Position numbers and translations under genes: made by a program. The notes below the pieces were generated by a model. It was not told the origin of the DNA, searched no databases, and saw nothing but the letters and a program-made list of their open reading frames with translations. From Octopus vulgaris (taxonomy: Eukaryota), in assembly GCA_951406725.2 (NCBI GenBank), contig OX597830.1, positions 70,184,001 to 70,248,000 of the forward strand: a DNA stretch of 64,000 bases, written 5' to 3'. Positions 25,532 through 40,860 of this stretch are shown piece after piece. Each line of letters starts with the position of its first letter. The first letter of the stretch is position 1.

Positions 25532-25919
25532 TTGGAAGCACTCCGTCGGTTACGACGATGAGGGTTCCGGTTGATCCGAATTAACGGAACAGCCTGCTCG
25601 TGAAATTAACGTGTAAGTGGCTGAGCACTCCACAGACACGTGTACCCTTAACGTAGTTATCGGGGATATTCAGCGTGACACAGAGAGTGACAAGGCCGGC
25701 CCCTTGAAATACACATACAACAGAAACAGGAAGTAAGAGTGAGAGAAAGTTGTGGTGAAAGAGTACAGCAGGGATCACCACCATCCCCTGTCGGAGCCTC
25801 ATGGAGCTTTTTTAGGTGTTTTCGCTCAATAAACACTCACAACACCTGGTCTGGGAATCGAAACCGCGATCCTACGACCGCGAGTCCGCTGCCCTAACCA
25901 CTGGGCCATTGCGCCTCCA
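25532..25919 (-). mobile_element. tRNA-derived SINE family C, full length, 9-bp TSD
   Basis: A box TGGCCCAGTGG and B box GGTTTCGATTCC. TSD AAAACTCAA at 25523-25531 and 25920-25928. Confidence 0.92.
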
Positions 25920-26092
25920 AAAACTCAAATGGAGTGGTGACGAAGACGACGACGACGATGACTATGGTGACGGCGGCAACGACGAAGATGACTATGACGA
26001 CGACACTACGACAACAACGACGAAAGGATGCGAACAGTCAAACCTTCGGTATGTAGGTTGACCCATTTATCGACTTACCCAAGTGTGTTAAT

Positions 26093-26124
<32 letters not shown>

Positions 26125-27543
26125 AGGGGGAGAGGGAAAGAGAGAGAGAGAGAAGAGAAGAGAGAGAGACGTGGGAGAGGGAAGGGAGAAATCAATAATA
26201 TCAACAACGTTAATAATGGTTTTCCTTTTGCCTAGAAACAAGGATTCTTTTTAAGGAAATATAATCGATATAATTGACTCCATTACCTTACTGACACTTA
26301 TTTTATCGACCTCAGAATAATGAAAGGCAAAGATCGGCCTCGGCCTCAATAATCATCAGTCTAAGTTAAAATATACCGCCTTATTGATACTGGCGTTTAC
26401 TTATATCCACATTAAATCTCAAATTATATTCGAGTGAAGGAAATGGAGTGTTGTGACATTCAGTCTTTTCTTGGAGGGGAGTGGGTGGTACGGTCCATTA
26501 TCAATGACATCTACATGAAGTAGAATCTGATATCTGTCCAAGTTAGTCAAATATCTAGAAGTTTACGGGGTTACACGATGCTGTAATAACGAGGTTCTAT
26601 AAATCCGAAACCTACCCCGAGTTTTCGTCATATTGCTGAAGATCAGATTTACTAACCGTTATATTTTGATATTTAATTTTTATTTCATTTGAATTGAGAT
26701 CGAATGCGAAATCAATTCTGTTACGATTTGCAACCAGTATTTAAAGATCCGAAAACAAAGGAAAAAATACCGCAAAGCATTTTTTGTCGGACGTTCTAAT
26801 TTTTTTAGTACTAATGCGTCCAATAGTCATACTAGTTTCTAACATAGACTGAAATCAGTAACACTTGAGAAGGGTTATATCACCTGCTAGTATTGAATGG
26901 TGCCTTATTAATTTATTGACCCTGGAGAGATTATAAGTACAGTTCACCTTCACAATATATACACTCATAATTAAATGCATATATAAATATATACACATAT
27001 GTGTGTGAGAGAGAGAAAGCGAGAGATGTGGCGGTCATCTGTACGTTTAATCACTCTGCGTTCGATAAAATAGGTTACCATTCAATACTGAAGGTCGATA
27101 AAAGCTACTGCTTCCTCCTTAAACGTTATTGAAATTACTCCTACGTTAGAAACTTTTATGATTATCTGTAAAGTGGGATCAGATTAGCAGAAAAACTAGC
27201 GGGGATCAGAAACAAACTTATCGCATTTGTACCGCTTCGTTTCTTCTTGGTTTCAAATCTTTACAGATCCGAATTTAGGAAAAATAATAATCAAATATGA
27301 AATATAACGGTAGATGAATCTAATCATGGGCATCAGGGCGACAATTCGGGCCCATGTTTCAGATTTATTACAACCTCGTTAGCGAAGTCTAGTCAAACGC
27401 GCAAGATTGAGAGATCTTGGAATAACACGAAGAGATATCGGATTCTCTAATTCACGTAATGTTTTGAGTCATTCCACTCTTACCGTCGGTATATGCTACA
27501 AAACTGTTTACTCTGCTCGCATAGAACTTGGTATTTTCGTGGG

Positions 27544-27678
<135 letters not shown>

Positions 27679-27770
27679 ATCTATCTATCTTTCTATCTAT
27701 CTATCTATTGATATTGATTTATACACACATATATAAATTTCTTGAGTGTCAAACTAATATAAGTTGTGCA

Positions 27771-27836
<66 letters not shown>

Positions 27837-27967
27837 GTATATATTTATGTATGTGCATATATATGTGTATATATATATATGTATATGTGTAAACATGCAT
27901 ACAAACATATATATATATATATATATATATACATACACACATACATACATTTGCACACACATACATA

Positions 27968-28028
<61 letters not shown>

Positions 28029-28561
28029 ACACACACACACACACATATATATACACCTGACCATACAAACTGGCAAACACAAACAAAACATGGTTCCACT
28101 GTTTTCCACAGACAGAACGGAAAGAGAAAAAGCTAAGTAATATTATTGCGTTAACATGAAGTTATAAATGCATATAACTTACCATTATGAGAGAATTTCA
28201 TTGAATGGAATTCTTGTATCGACTTTATGATCGTCAACTAAGCCTAGTGAATAGATAGCATTTATACTATGTTTGCAATATAGATAACATTTGCTATATA
28301 GACATAACATTTGCCGCTGGAATCACTCAGATCTAGCTATTTATTCACTAATAATTCACGCTAAATTTCCCTTCAGATATCTATACTTTTATTACCTATA
28401 TTGTGTGTAGGTATGTATGTATATATGTATGTATATATGTACGTATGTATGCATGTATGTATGTACGTACGTACGTCAGTCGTATTTTTATAAACATTTT
28501 CATGCAACACACAGACTTTCACGTGTGCGAGAGCACACAAATATTATTATATATATATATA

Positions 28562-28597
<36 letters not shown>

Positions 28598-28858
28598 TAT
28601 ATATGTATGTGTATATGCATGTATATATGTAAGCATATTGGTACATATAGATGTATATGCATATGCTCGCGTGTGGGTCAATGTGTGTGTGTGTGCATGT
28701 GCGTTTGTGTATGTGTGTGTGTGTATATACACCGAAATAAATTTGTTTCATCTCGTCATGGGTCAATGTTTTATTAGCTATATTTATTTAGTTTTTAGAA
28801 ATTCTTTGTACGATGCTTATGCGTGAAATATGTCTATAATACGCATACGTATGTCTAC

Positions 28859-28891
<33 letters not shown>

Positions 28892-29331
28892 CACACAGAC
28901 ACACATACAACCACACACGAAGATATATATATATATATATACACATACACACATACACATCCATATATCTGTATATAAGTACAAGTATACATACATATAT
29001 GTGTGCATGTGTGAACCGCATGCATTACGCACATGGATAGTCATATATATATATATATATGTATGTATGTATATGTATATGTATATACGCCACACACACG
29101 CACACACACAATATATATACGGTCACATACAGTTACATACGTATATATATATATATATATACATATGTATATATATATACATATGTATGTATATATACAT
29201 ATGTATATATGTATGTATATACATGTATGTGTATATATGTATATACATATATATGTATATATATATATGTATATATATATATATACTTATATATATATAT
29301 ATATATATGTATGTATATACACATATATATG

Positions 29332-29369
<38 letters not shown>

Positions 29370-29529
29370 CATATATATGTATGTATGTATATATATATAC
29401 AAACACATAAATGTGCGGATACACATGCATATACGCACATACAGATAGACTGACAGATAGATTATACATATACGTACACAAACACACGGACACACACATG
29501 TATACACACATATATAAGGCACACAAAAT

Positions 29530-29593
<64 letters not shown>

Positions 29594-29719
29594 TTTCTGT
29601 CTTTCTTTCTTTCTTTATTAAACTTTTATTTATGTATTTTTTATCAAGTCGGAGGTCACAGTTGTATCGAACACCACATGCTGGTCTATTTAAAAGAGAA
29701 CTTTTTCCTTTGTTCATAA

Positions 29720-29958
29720 GCGTGACCGGAACAAGCGCGAAACCAGTAACCGTCCCGTCCCGTCTACGGAGAGCAAGACATCATTGGATGAAGACAATGG
29801 AATTCTAAAATACTGATCACGTGGCTGCGTCTCCTCTGTTCCTGGCACTGGCTTTTGCCATACTTCTGAGAGAGGGGCCTTGTAACGAGGCCTCTCCCTT
29901 TAAAGGATGATTGTCGTTGCTAAGTGACAACGGGACAATAAGTAGGGTCGGGCGGGGT

Positions 29959-29994
<36 letters not shown>

Positions 29995-30110
29995 ACCCGA
30001 ACGGAGCTGTCTGACTTCATTCTAACGATCTTTTGCATCCGTTTACCATAAAACTGTGAAGATCAGGAGAGAGATTTTTCAGTTGCAGGTATCTCGACGG
30101 CCTGTACATA
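29720..30110. promoter_or_regulatory. Candidate cis-regulatory island
   Basis: Unique, relatively GC/CpG-rich sequence with CACGTG (29818-29823), X-box-like GTTGCTAAGTGACAAC (29916-29931) and GGGCGGGG (29950-29957). Function is inferred only. Confidence 0.3.
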
Positions 30111-30169
30111 CACACACACGCACGCACACACATACACACACAATAACACACACACAGACACAGACACAG

Positions 30170-30203
<34 letters not shown>

Positions 30204-30280
30204 ACATACACACATTCACGCACGTACGTATACATATACAAACACACACATATACACCCAGTTGTAACGAGTACATATGC

Positions 30281-30360
<80 letters not shown>

Positions 30361-30745
30361 ATATGCACATACATATACATACAAACCAATACAAGTTCAG
30401 AAAGAGAGAGAGAGAGAGAAAGAGAGAGACTATGAGTACAAGACAATCATACTTTGGTAATATGTGATATAACGGGAGAGAGGTCACACACATACACACA
30501 CGCACACAAGCACACATACGCATACACATACACTCCCGCACACGAGTACATTAACCCACACACACACACAGATGCATACACAAACAACACGAATGCAGGA
30601 TACACCCGAGCACCCGTTCAAAGACAAACAACCATATAAAGAGCTGAATCCTGGAACTCGCCATGGGGGTCGGGTTAATATACTGCATAACAATCATGTC
30701 CTTATTACACACACATATACACTTATACACCCTGCATCTCTCCTT

Positions 30746-30786
<41 letters not shown>

Positions 30787-31320
30787 GACCTATACACACT
30801 TACACACACACACAATCATACACATACGCATACAAACTTATACAAATTTTCCGCCTTACTTGCTCTCCTTTATCTCTCTCTCTCTTTCTCTCTATTTTAT
30901 TTTGCACCCCTCCCCATCAATCCTCCTCACACACGGACATTGCGAAGGGGAGGATAACAGATCAAACTGCTGTGACGTTTATACTTTCCAGACGAATATT
31001 GATCCGTGAAAAATGAACTCGTTAGGAAATCGCGTGTAATGAAGGTTATGGATATTGCTACTGATGTGGACGATAATGATGGTGGTGGTGGTGGTGGTGG
31101 TGGTGGTGGTAGTGGTGATGGTGGCCGTGGTGGTAGTGGTAGCGGCAGAGAAAGTGTTGAGTGGTAGTAGTAGTAGTGGTACTTGTAGTAGAAGTAGTAG
31201 TGCTGGCCATGGTGGTGGTAGTGGTGGTGATGACGGTGTTAGAGATGCCAGTTAATGATGACGGTAAGATAGAAGAGTGGCGACGACTTGAACGAGGGTA
31301 ACGAGGATAAATGACAATGT

Positions 31321-31358
<38 letters not shown>

Positions 31359-31737
31359 GTATTTTTGTCATCGACGATGACGAAGAAGATGAAGAGGAAG
31401 AAGAGGAGGAGGAGGAGGAGGAAATGGTTGTGATTACCGTATGATTATCGCAGTGATGACAACGATGACAACATGATGATGATGAAGATTATGATTAAGA
31501 TGATGATGATGAATGATGATGATGATGGTGGTGGTGATGAAGATGGCGATGTTGGTGTTGGTGTTGGTGGTGCTGTGGGGTTGTGGGTGTGGGTGGGTAG
31601 GGGAGGGGTTGTTGACTTATCGATATTTTACCTCTCTTGCAGTTACAATTATAAAGGATGTGATGACAATAGCAATAATTATGTTCAGCAAAGTGATGAC
31701 GATGTAACGACGATGATGATATTTGTGGTGGTGGTGG

Positions 31738-31843
31738 TGGTGGTGGTCATGGTTATGATAATGAGGATGGTGAGGATGATGATGTTGGCGGTGGTGGTGG
31801 TGGTCATGGTTATGATAATGAGGATGGTGAGGATGATGATGTT
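31738..31843. repeat. 57-bp-period direct duplication in trinucleotide-rich DNA
   Basis: GGTCATGGTTATGATAATGAGGATGGTGAGGATGATGATGTTG occurs twice. Confidence 0.8.
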
Positions 31844-31919
31844 GATTATAATGATGTCAATGCTGATGGTGCTGATGAGGGCTGGTGGTGGTGGTGGTGT
31901 TAGACAGTAAGGATTATTA

Positions 31920-32004
<85 letters not shown>

Positions 32005-32422
32005 GACGACGATGGCGACAGTGATAAAAGGGGTGGCTTTGGTGGATCTGCGAAAGTAAAACGATCCTGTAATCTGTAACAGAGGGCTGTTGACGGCCTG
32101 AACCAACGTATATTACTGGTACGTATCCTGTTGACTATGGAACAAAATACCAGGGTAACGGTAAGAAGAGGAGTCGATAAAATATTTTTCAGCAGTAAAA
32201 AAAAGAGAATTTCAATCGAATACATTACATTTTCTCTTCAGAAAACATGCATTCCTGTTAAATGTTTCCCTAAACGTTCTGCGTTCCCAAACAACTGAGG
32301 AATTGGGCCATCCTGATACCAAAATATCAGATCTTCTGTCGAATCACCTCAGCATTCCTTTTATAGTCTGAGTTCCAGTCTCACGGGGTCAACTGCCCTC
32401 AAACCCACACACACACACGTAT

Positions 32423-32686
32423 ATTACAGAGATGTACTTGCATAGCAAGTGACCTAATCTGAGATCGTAGCTGGAACGAAAACAATTGCAGCGTGGAAGG
32501 TGTTTATAAGCAAGTTAAGAAACACACGAAAACCGTTAGATTCGCTTCAGGATTTTGTCAGAGAACAGGTCGTGGTCTGAAAGCGACGAAATTATTTTGG
32601 CAAATTAAATTTAAATGTTGAAGTGTATCTAACGGCTTTTGTGTGTTTCTTAAATGGCTTATAAACACCTTCCACGCTGCAATTGT

Positions 32687-32687
<1 letters not shown>
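32423..32687. mobile_element. Penelope-like terminal remnant with inversion (69-bp arms) and hammerhead-like motif
   Basis: Arms 32481-32549 and 32619-32687. The spacer holds TTTGTCA-GAGAACAG-GTCGT..GCGAC-GAAATTATTT-TGGCAAA, and the right end runs into (TA)n. Confidence 0.55.
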
Positions 32688-32782
<95 letters not shown>

Positions 32783-33353
32783 GAAATACATACACACACG
32801 CACACATATATAAGAATTAAAAAAACTGTATACGGCGAAAAGCGCTTAACACAATACAAAAATTTCCTTCCATAAGTCTCGTGTCAATCAGTTTATTTTT
32901 TAAAAAAGTTTATATATCAGTGAATTTTAGTTTAAGAAAAACTTTTCTTCAAATACAATCACAAATATTGTTATTGCATCAAGAATTTTTCTAAAACCAG
33001 TTTTATGCAGACATAGACATACACACACAGACACACTCACTCACATATTTATGTGTATACATATGTATATATGTATGCATGTACGTATGTATTTATGTAT
33101 ATATGTATTTATGTGTATGTATGTATGTATGTATGTATGTATGTATGTATGTATGTATAAACCACCAAGTCAAATCTGAAGGTTCAAGCTCGCAGTTTAC
33201 TCAACTAATGTGACTTCACAGAAATAGATAATTTGGCAATTTACTTCGTGATATATTAAGTGTGAAGACAAAAGAGAAAAAAACAAACAAAAATATTTAA
33301 AACAACAATAAAAAGATAGCCATTTCTCTGTTACCCTTACACCGGCCCCGATT

Positions 33354-33388
<35 letters not shown>

Positions 33389-33472
33389 TATATATTTTTT
33401 TCTTTTTGCAATAATTCGAAACATTATGAACTAAAATAACTGTCAAGTGAAATAATAATAATAATAATAATG

Positions 33473-33558
<86 letters not shown>

Positions 33559-33625
33559 ATTAATATTAATAATAATGATAACGATAATAATAATAATAAT
33601 AATGATAATAATGATAATAATAATG

Positions 33626-33665
<40 letters not shown>

Positions 33666-35159
33666 TAATAATAATAATAATAATAATAAAACTGAAAAAA
33701 AAACCCATAATGGAAACGAAATATAATATTGAAAAAAAAAAAGGTTAAAGAGGAATAAGGATTAGAATGCAAACAAAAATTAAACGGCGACATTTTGATT
33801 GTTTCTTTTTTCTTTTTTCTTTGTGGATGGTTGTATATATTTAGAGATAAAACATAAAGCTATCTAGCAACGTACTCGCAGACATATTTGCTGCATTGTT
33901 GAAAGTTCCTAAAAAAAAAAAAAAATCTGAGGGTTGTCAATGGACGTAAATTCCCTGGATACTCTGAAATATTGCACTAGTTTCTTTGTTTGTTAGGGTG
34001 ATTTGCTTTTTGTTTTTGCTTTCTGTTTCTTTTTGTTTTTGTTTTTATTTTCATTTTTATTTTTTTAACAACTAAGTTGTCTCTGATCTTCAACGGATAA
34101 AGCCAGTCTTCCGAACGTAGTCAATCTGATCTGAATCAAGTTATAAAGAGAGAAGATTAATAATCTACCGTTGTTAGCTTTTTTTTTATTATTATTTTCC
34201 TTTTGTCTTAGTTGTGTTTTGTTCTAGCTGCTACTGCTGCTGCTGTTATTGTTGGTCCTGCTGGTATTGATGTTGTATATGACTTAGTATTGTTGTTGTT
34301 GTTATGGGGGTTTGTGATAGTAATGGTACTGATGTTGGCATTGTTAATGGTGGCAATGTTTATATTGGTGTTATTTGGGGGCTACGGTGTTGTTACTGTT
34401 GTTGCTAATGATTATGGGGTGGGACGCTGGTAGCGGTGGTGATAGTAGTGGTGGAGGTGGCAGTGGTGGTGGTAATGACGGCAAAAGCAAGGGTAATGTG
34501 ATGGCATTGATGTGGTAGGGATTGAGGGTGGTTGTATAGTCTTACTGTGAAGGTATTGAGGGTGAAACTGTCTGTATTGTCGTAACTGGGTTTTAGGGCT
34601 TGATTGGTGGAATGTTTTAGCATTTTTTCAAATGATACTGTATATGGCGGGATGGGAGCTGCAATAAATTTGGGAAGATATTATTGTAATGGTGGTGGTG
34701 GTATTATTATTAGTGGCAGTAGTGTTGGTGATGGCAATAGTGGTAGTTAGGGGTATTGTGATGTAGTTACAATAAGGGACAGCCATGGTGGTGGTAGTTG
34801 TTGTGACAGTGACGATTAAGATTTGGCATTGCCGGTGGCATTATGGTGTGTATAATATGACAGTGGTAGTTGAGTTGATGTAGTGAGAATCGTGGCGCGG
34901 TTTTGGGGTTGGCAGGGGTTATGGTGACGGAGGTGCTGATGGTGATAATGGTGGTGATGGTGACGATGGCGTTGATGGTGGCAGTGATTGTGGTCATGGT
35001 GATGTTTTTTGGTGACCATTATTGTTGTAATGGTGGCGATTAGGCGAGATGATGATGTGGTTGTTAATAATAATACTTGACATATTATTTGCTATGACAG
35101 TGAGCTGTCATCACTGCTGGCTGGTGTAACGCTAGTTAGTGGTTGTAATGGTTTGTATA

Positions 35160-35190
<31 letters not shown>

Positions 35191-35267
35191 TGTATGTATG
35201 TATGTATGTATGTATGTATGTATGTATGTATATATATATATATATATATACATCTAACTATCTACCC

Positions 35268-35342
<75 letters not shown>

Positions 35343-35447
35343 AACAGATAGACAGATAGACAGATAGACAGATAGGCAGATTGATAGATAGATATAGAGA
35401 TAGATACATAAATACGAGCACAAACATACAAATATACACACCTACAT

Positions 35448-35500
<53 letters not shown>

Positions 35501-36104
35501 TTGTACTGTTATTATGAATGCGCGTGATAGTATATGGTGAAGACCATTGTAGAGTTTGTGTTGATGCCATTAATGGAAACTGTGAAAGTTGCAGTGGTGG
35601 TAGAAAGGATGGGAGTTGTGATTGTAATAGTGATAGTGATTGGAGGTGGCCATGGCGGTGGAAGTTGGTAATGGTTGGAATTTATAGTTGGTGAAGTTGA
35701 TGGTGAAACTGCAACAGTTTGTCAAAGGAAAGAAAGGTAAGAATTATTACTCGGGGCTGTCAGCGTCATTATTATAAATATAAGAACGTAAGATTGGCAA
35801 AAGGAACTACGTAGGCAATGAAAGAGGAGAGTAAGAGATAGGGAGAGAGAGAGAGAGAGAGGAGAGAAAAAAGAATACAAAATGATAATAAAAAAAGGCA
35901 AAAAAAAAAAAAGAAAGAAAATATTACATCTAATTGCATTAGGCTGGCAGACGATAATCTGATGAAGCCATTAAAGAGTTGTAGTGACAAAATGGTTTCA
36001 AATACGAGATACGAACAGTTGAAACGAAAGGAGGAAGAGAATGCGAGAAAAAAAGAAAGAAAAGAATGAGAGATAGAGATAGAGAGAGAGAGGGAGTGAG
36101 GAGT

Positions 36105-36135
<31 letters not shown>

Positions 36136-36991
36136 AAAAAAAGAAACAAAAAAGAGAGTGACCGTGAAAGTAATTCCTTGCTGTTAAAACATTTCAACTG
36201 AATTAGTAGTAACAAACTCAGTAATAATGATGAATGCTCTCTGCTCGACTGATATGGCTACTTGGATTGGAAAGCCGAGAACGAAAGAGAAACAGTGAGA
36301 GAGAGAGAAGTGAACAGTGTAGAAATGTGATAGAGAAAAACAGGGAGAGGAGTAAGAAAGATAGAAAGAGGAAGAGAGAGAGAGAGATTGTGTGTCTAAG
36401 TACGTGAAAGTGGTGGTGGTGAAAGATATGGGTGGGATTTATATCAGAACATAGAGAAAATGTAAGACTGACTTGACAGGAATACCATTTTTGTCAATTA
36501 GAAGACATGACTAATATATACTATGACTGGGTATAGTTAAGCCATAGATCTATCAATCAGACGACAGATTACTAGAGTTATGCTTAACTGCTAGCCTAAC
36601 TATGTGTGACATGCGGACAATTAGAATGGCGAGCAGTTTGCAAAAATGAGAATTGGTGTAAATGAACGGAGGAATAAATGTTGTAAGGTAAATGATACAG
36701 ATTAAAGCAGACGAAAATGGCAGTTGAATCAAAGATGAATGTATGTGAATTATATCGAGGCGGGGTGAAGTGTGGTGTTTATAAACACAGGGTAGGCGAG
36801 TGGATAATGTGCTATTCTACCACTCTTGCCGTTGCTGTGTTTGCATCGTGTACAGACGCTTCTCTGAGTCTCCAGGACAGGGAAAAAAAATAAAACACTT
36901 GCTTTCGGTTTGACATTCCTCATTTTGCTTTTAGCAGAGTAAAAGAGAGATGTACATGTTCATAGATATTTCAGCTTTCATCTCTACAGTG

Positions 36992-37308
<317 letters not shown>

Positions 37309-38829
37309 CTACCTATCTGTCTCTGTGTCTCCCTGTCTGTCTAATATAATATAATACACACACGCACGTACACACACACACACACATATATATACATATA
37401 TATTATATATGTGCGTATGTATACGTATAGAGAGAACGAGAGAGACAGGCGGAAAGGGATAACTATACCTGTATATAATTATATAGATGGTATATAGATG
37501 CAAGTTCACACACATTTGTGAGTGTGCGTGTGTGCGCGTGTTTTTATACGAAAGGTGACGACCAATTATAAATTCCGTTGTGCGCTTCCTCTTAATAGTG
37601 TTTGTAATATGTGTACACGTGTGTATGTGGGCGTAGATACGTATGTTAAGATATTTAGAAAAAAAAGATTCATAGATATAGTTTAGTAAGGTCTGTGTGC
37701 AGATTTCGTTCAGCTACCCGCTTCATTAACCCTTTGAAATGCGGAGGTTGAACTTGAAAAAACGGCTTCTCAACTCATAAAGATTTATAACGCTTACATT
37801 CATTTGTAATTTTAAACACTTATGAGATACAGTAACAGGAAGTTAACATGTGGACAGGAAGAAAGTCAACAACAATTTTAACTTTCTTCAATTTAAGCAT
37901 TCCCCACCCCTGTGTGGTATACTGAAACAGTTCCATACTTTAAAGAATTTGACACAATTTACTGTTTCCAATGAAATGCGTACGATGTTGTAATCACGTT
38001 TTCGGTATTTCTGGAAACCAAAACAAATATTTCGTCACTTTGGATACTACCCGGAAGACACTAATGAACTTATAATTAATATTTAATGAACGACAGTTTA
38101 CAGTACTTAATCAGCCAAAAGGAGGACATTTTCCTCGGGAAGAATATCCAATTTCCCGTCTTACACTATGTTTAAAAAACAAAAACGGAAGAACACATTG
38201 GATAATGTATTTCTGGATACACTTTGGCTTTATGTAAAAGACAAGATGATCATAGCTAGAGTGCCTTCCAATATATATATGGAGTACCTTCGATCAGAGA
38301 GACTAGGTGTTAAATATTACTACAAACACATCCTAACCCACTACACCATAAACAACGAAAACAACAGTGTTAACCAGCTTAAGAGATAGGATTTATATGG
38401 TGAGTAGTCTTGGGTATTGCTTAATCTATGACGGACAGTGCAAAAGCACAATCATGCAAAATGAGCTATCCATTTATGTGCTAGCTTAATTCGTGACTGT
38501 TTTATGCATCAGCTGACTTATGCTCTTGACTGGGAAAGGAAGTCAGATACATCTTCCCTGATCAGCCGTCAACAAACCGTGAAACGGTCCGTCAGGAAAT
38601 TTCGTCCCTTTTTCTTTTATATTTCTGTTTAAGAAACAAACTTCTGTTTTAAGAAAAAGAAGGCGTCTTTGATTGGCCAATGTAGCGTAGGAAATATAAA
38701 AATGTCTGGACAACGTTATCAATAGTCTGTTGAGTTTAGAGGAGCTAACCTGGAGCCAAAACAGCATCAATAATACCAAACACGAGCACCACCACCACCA
38801 TCACCACCACTACCAACAACAACAACAGA

Positions 38830-39060
38830 TAATGATTTCAAATTTTAGCACAATGTCAGCAATTTAGGGGAGCGGGTAAATCGCTTACATCGACCTCAGT
38901 ACACAACTGGTACATATTTCATTGAGCCATAGAGAGGATGTCGGGAAGTGTCTACCTGGGTAACGTTTTTGAACTCAGAAGGTAAAGAACCGGAAGAAAA
39001 AGAACCGAAAGAAATGTCGTAAAGCGTGTTGTCCGATGCACAACGATTCTGCTAGTTCAC
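38830..39060 (-). mobile_element. SINE family B, diverged
   Basis: CATCGACCTCAGTACACAACTGGTAC..TTTGAACTCAGAA..ACGATTCTGCTAGTTCAC. Confidence 0.7.
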
Positions 39061-40104
39061 CCCCCCCCCCCCAAAAAAAAAATCTAAATAAACGAGCTAT
39101 GAAATATATAAGGGGTCAGTTATGTAAAAATTTAGACTGAAAAGGAGTTGTAAATTTAATGATTGGTATAGTTAGTATAATTAGTATAATTAATATGGAA
39201 GTTGTTTTGTCTAGATTCGTTCCTTACGAAACAGGGAATATATAAAACTACGAAACGAAACAAAATATCCTGGATACCAAGAACCCTGGAAATCTTATTG
39301 ATGTTGCTTTAGTAGAATAATGGTGAAGATTAGTAAATGGGTGTAGGAAGCATTGAAGCAAGGTATATCACATAGAAGAAGAAGAAGAAGAAGAGAAGAA
39401 GAAGAAGAAGAAGAAGAAGAAGAAGAAGAAGAAGAAGAAGAAGAAGAAGAAGATCGTGATAGTGATGATGACGAAGACGACGACGATGATGATGATGACG
39501 ACGACGACAGCGACGGCAACGATAATAATGTCTTCGGTGAAGATGAAGCGAATGATGATGAAGAAGAAAAAGAAGAGATAATTAAAAGAAATTAAGAGTA
39601 AAATGAGAACAAGCATAATTGAAGACAGAAAAAATAGACCAATGAAGAAAGAAAGAAAGAAAGAAACAAATAAATTAGTAAAGAAAGAAAGAAAGAAAGA
39701 CAGCGAGAAAGAAAGAAAGAAGGAAAGAAAAAAAGAAGGACGGAAGCAAAAAAAAAATCTAACAGAAATATGGGTACAGAGAAACACAGGAAGTAAAAGG
39801 AAGTGGAGCGAAGAAGAAGAAGAAGAAGAAGAAGAAGAAGAAGAAGAAGAAGAAGAAGAAGAAGAAGAAGAAGAAGAAGAAGAAGAAGAAGAAGAAGAAG
39901 AAGAATTACAAGAAGCAAAAGCAGAAGACGATGACCAATGTCGTTTTTTTTCTTTTCTTTTTTCCGATATTCCGGTGCTATTCTGATCCTGTCACCCGTT
40001 TTATTGGTTATAATTTCCAAAGTAAAGCTAATTACTGCAGGGTTACGGAAATTTTAATGAGCTAACTTTATTATTATTATTACTACTACTACTACTACTA
40101 CTAC

Positions 40105-40165
<61 letters not shown>

Positions 40166-40410
40166 GTTGTTGTTGTTGTTGTTGTTGTTATTATCATCTT
40201 GTTTTATTTTATTCACCTCCTCCCTCCCTCCCTCTCTCCCTCTCCCTCACCACGACCACCACCACTACCACCACACCACCATGCCGGTAGTTCAATTTGT
40301 TCTGTTTTACCCGCCGTTATTTTCCTTGGCCTTATTGTTCTTATTTTTTTCCTGTTGTTGTTCTTGTTGTTGCTCGTCATGATGACGGTGGCGGCGGCGG
40401 TGGTAGTAGC

Positions 40411-40443
<33 letters not shown>

Positions 40444-40821
40444 GGTGGTGGTTGCTCGGTTGGCCGGTTGGTTCGTGGGGTGGTTGGTTAGGTGATATTC
40501 AGGGTGAGGAGGAATTTAATGCAAAAAAAAAACAAAAAAAAAACAAAGAGCAAAACAAAAAAAAAAGAACCCCTAAAAAATACTAAGATTAATTATTGAA
40601 AAAAAATAATAAAAATGAAGCATTATGGGTATAGGGGTATGCGTGCATGTATGTGTGTGTGTAAATGGTTGTGTGTGAGTATGTTGTGTTCCTCTGTGTA
40701 TATGCGTGTATATGTGTGTGTGTGTAGGTGACACTTTCTGTATATATGTCTATGAGTGTTGCTGTGTATGTTGGTGCACACTTTGTGAATATGCGAGGAA
40801 GCGTGTGTATATGAACCTGTT

Positions 40822-40860
<39 letters not shown>

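Noticed and set aside
27265-27276. Partial miR-10 resemblance (AGATCCGAATTT)
   Set aside because: The seed is absent, there is no precursor hairpin, and it lies in what looks like a degenerate family B SINE.
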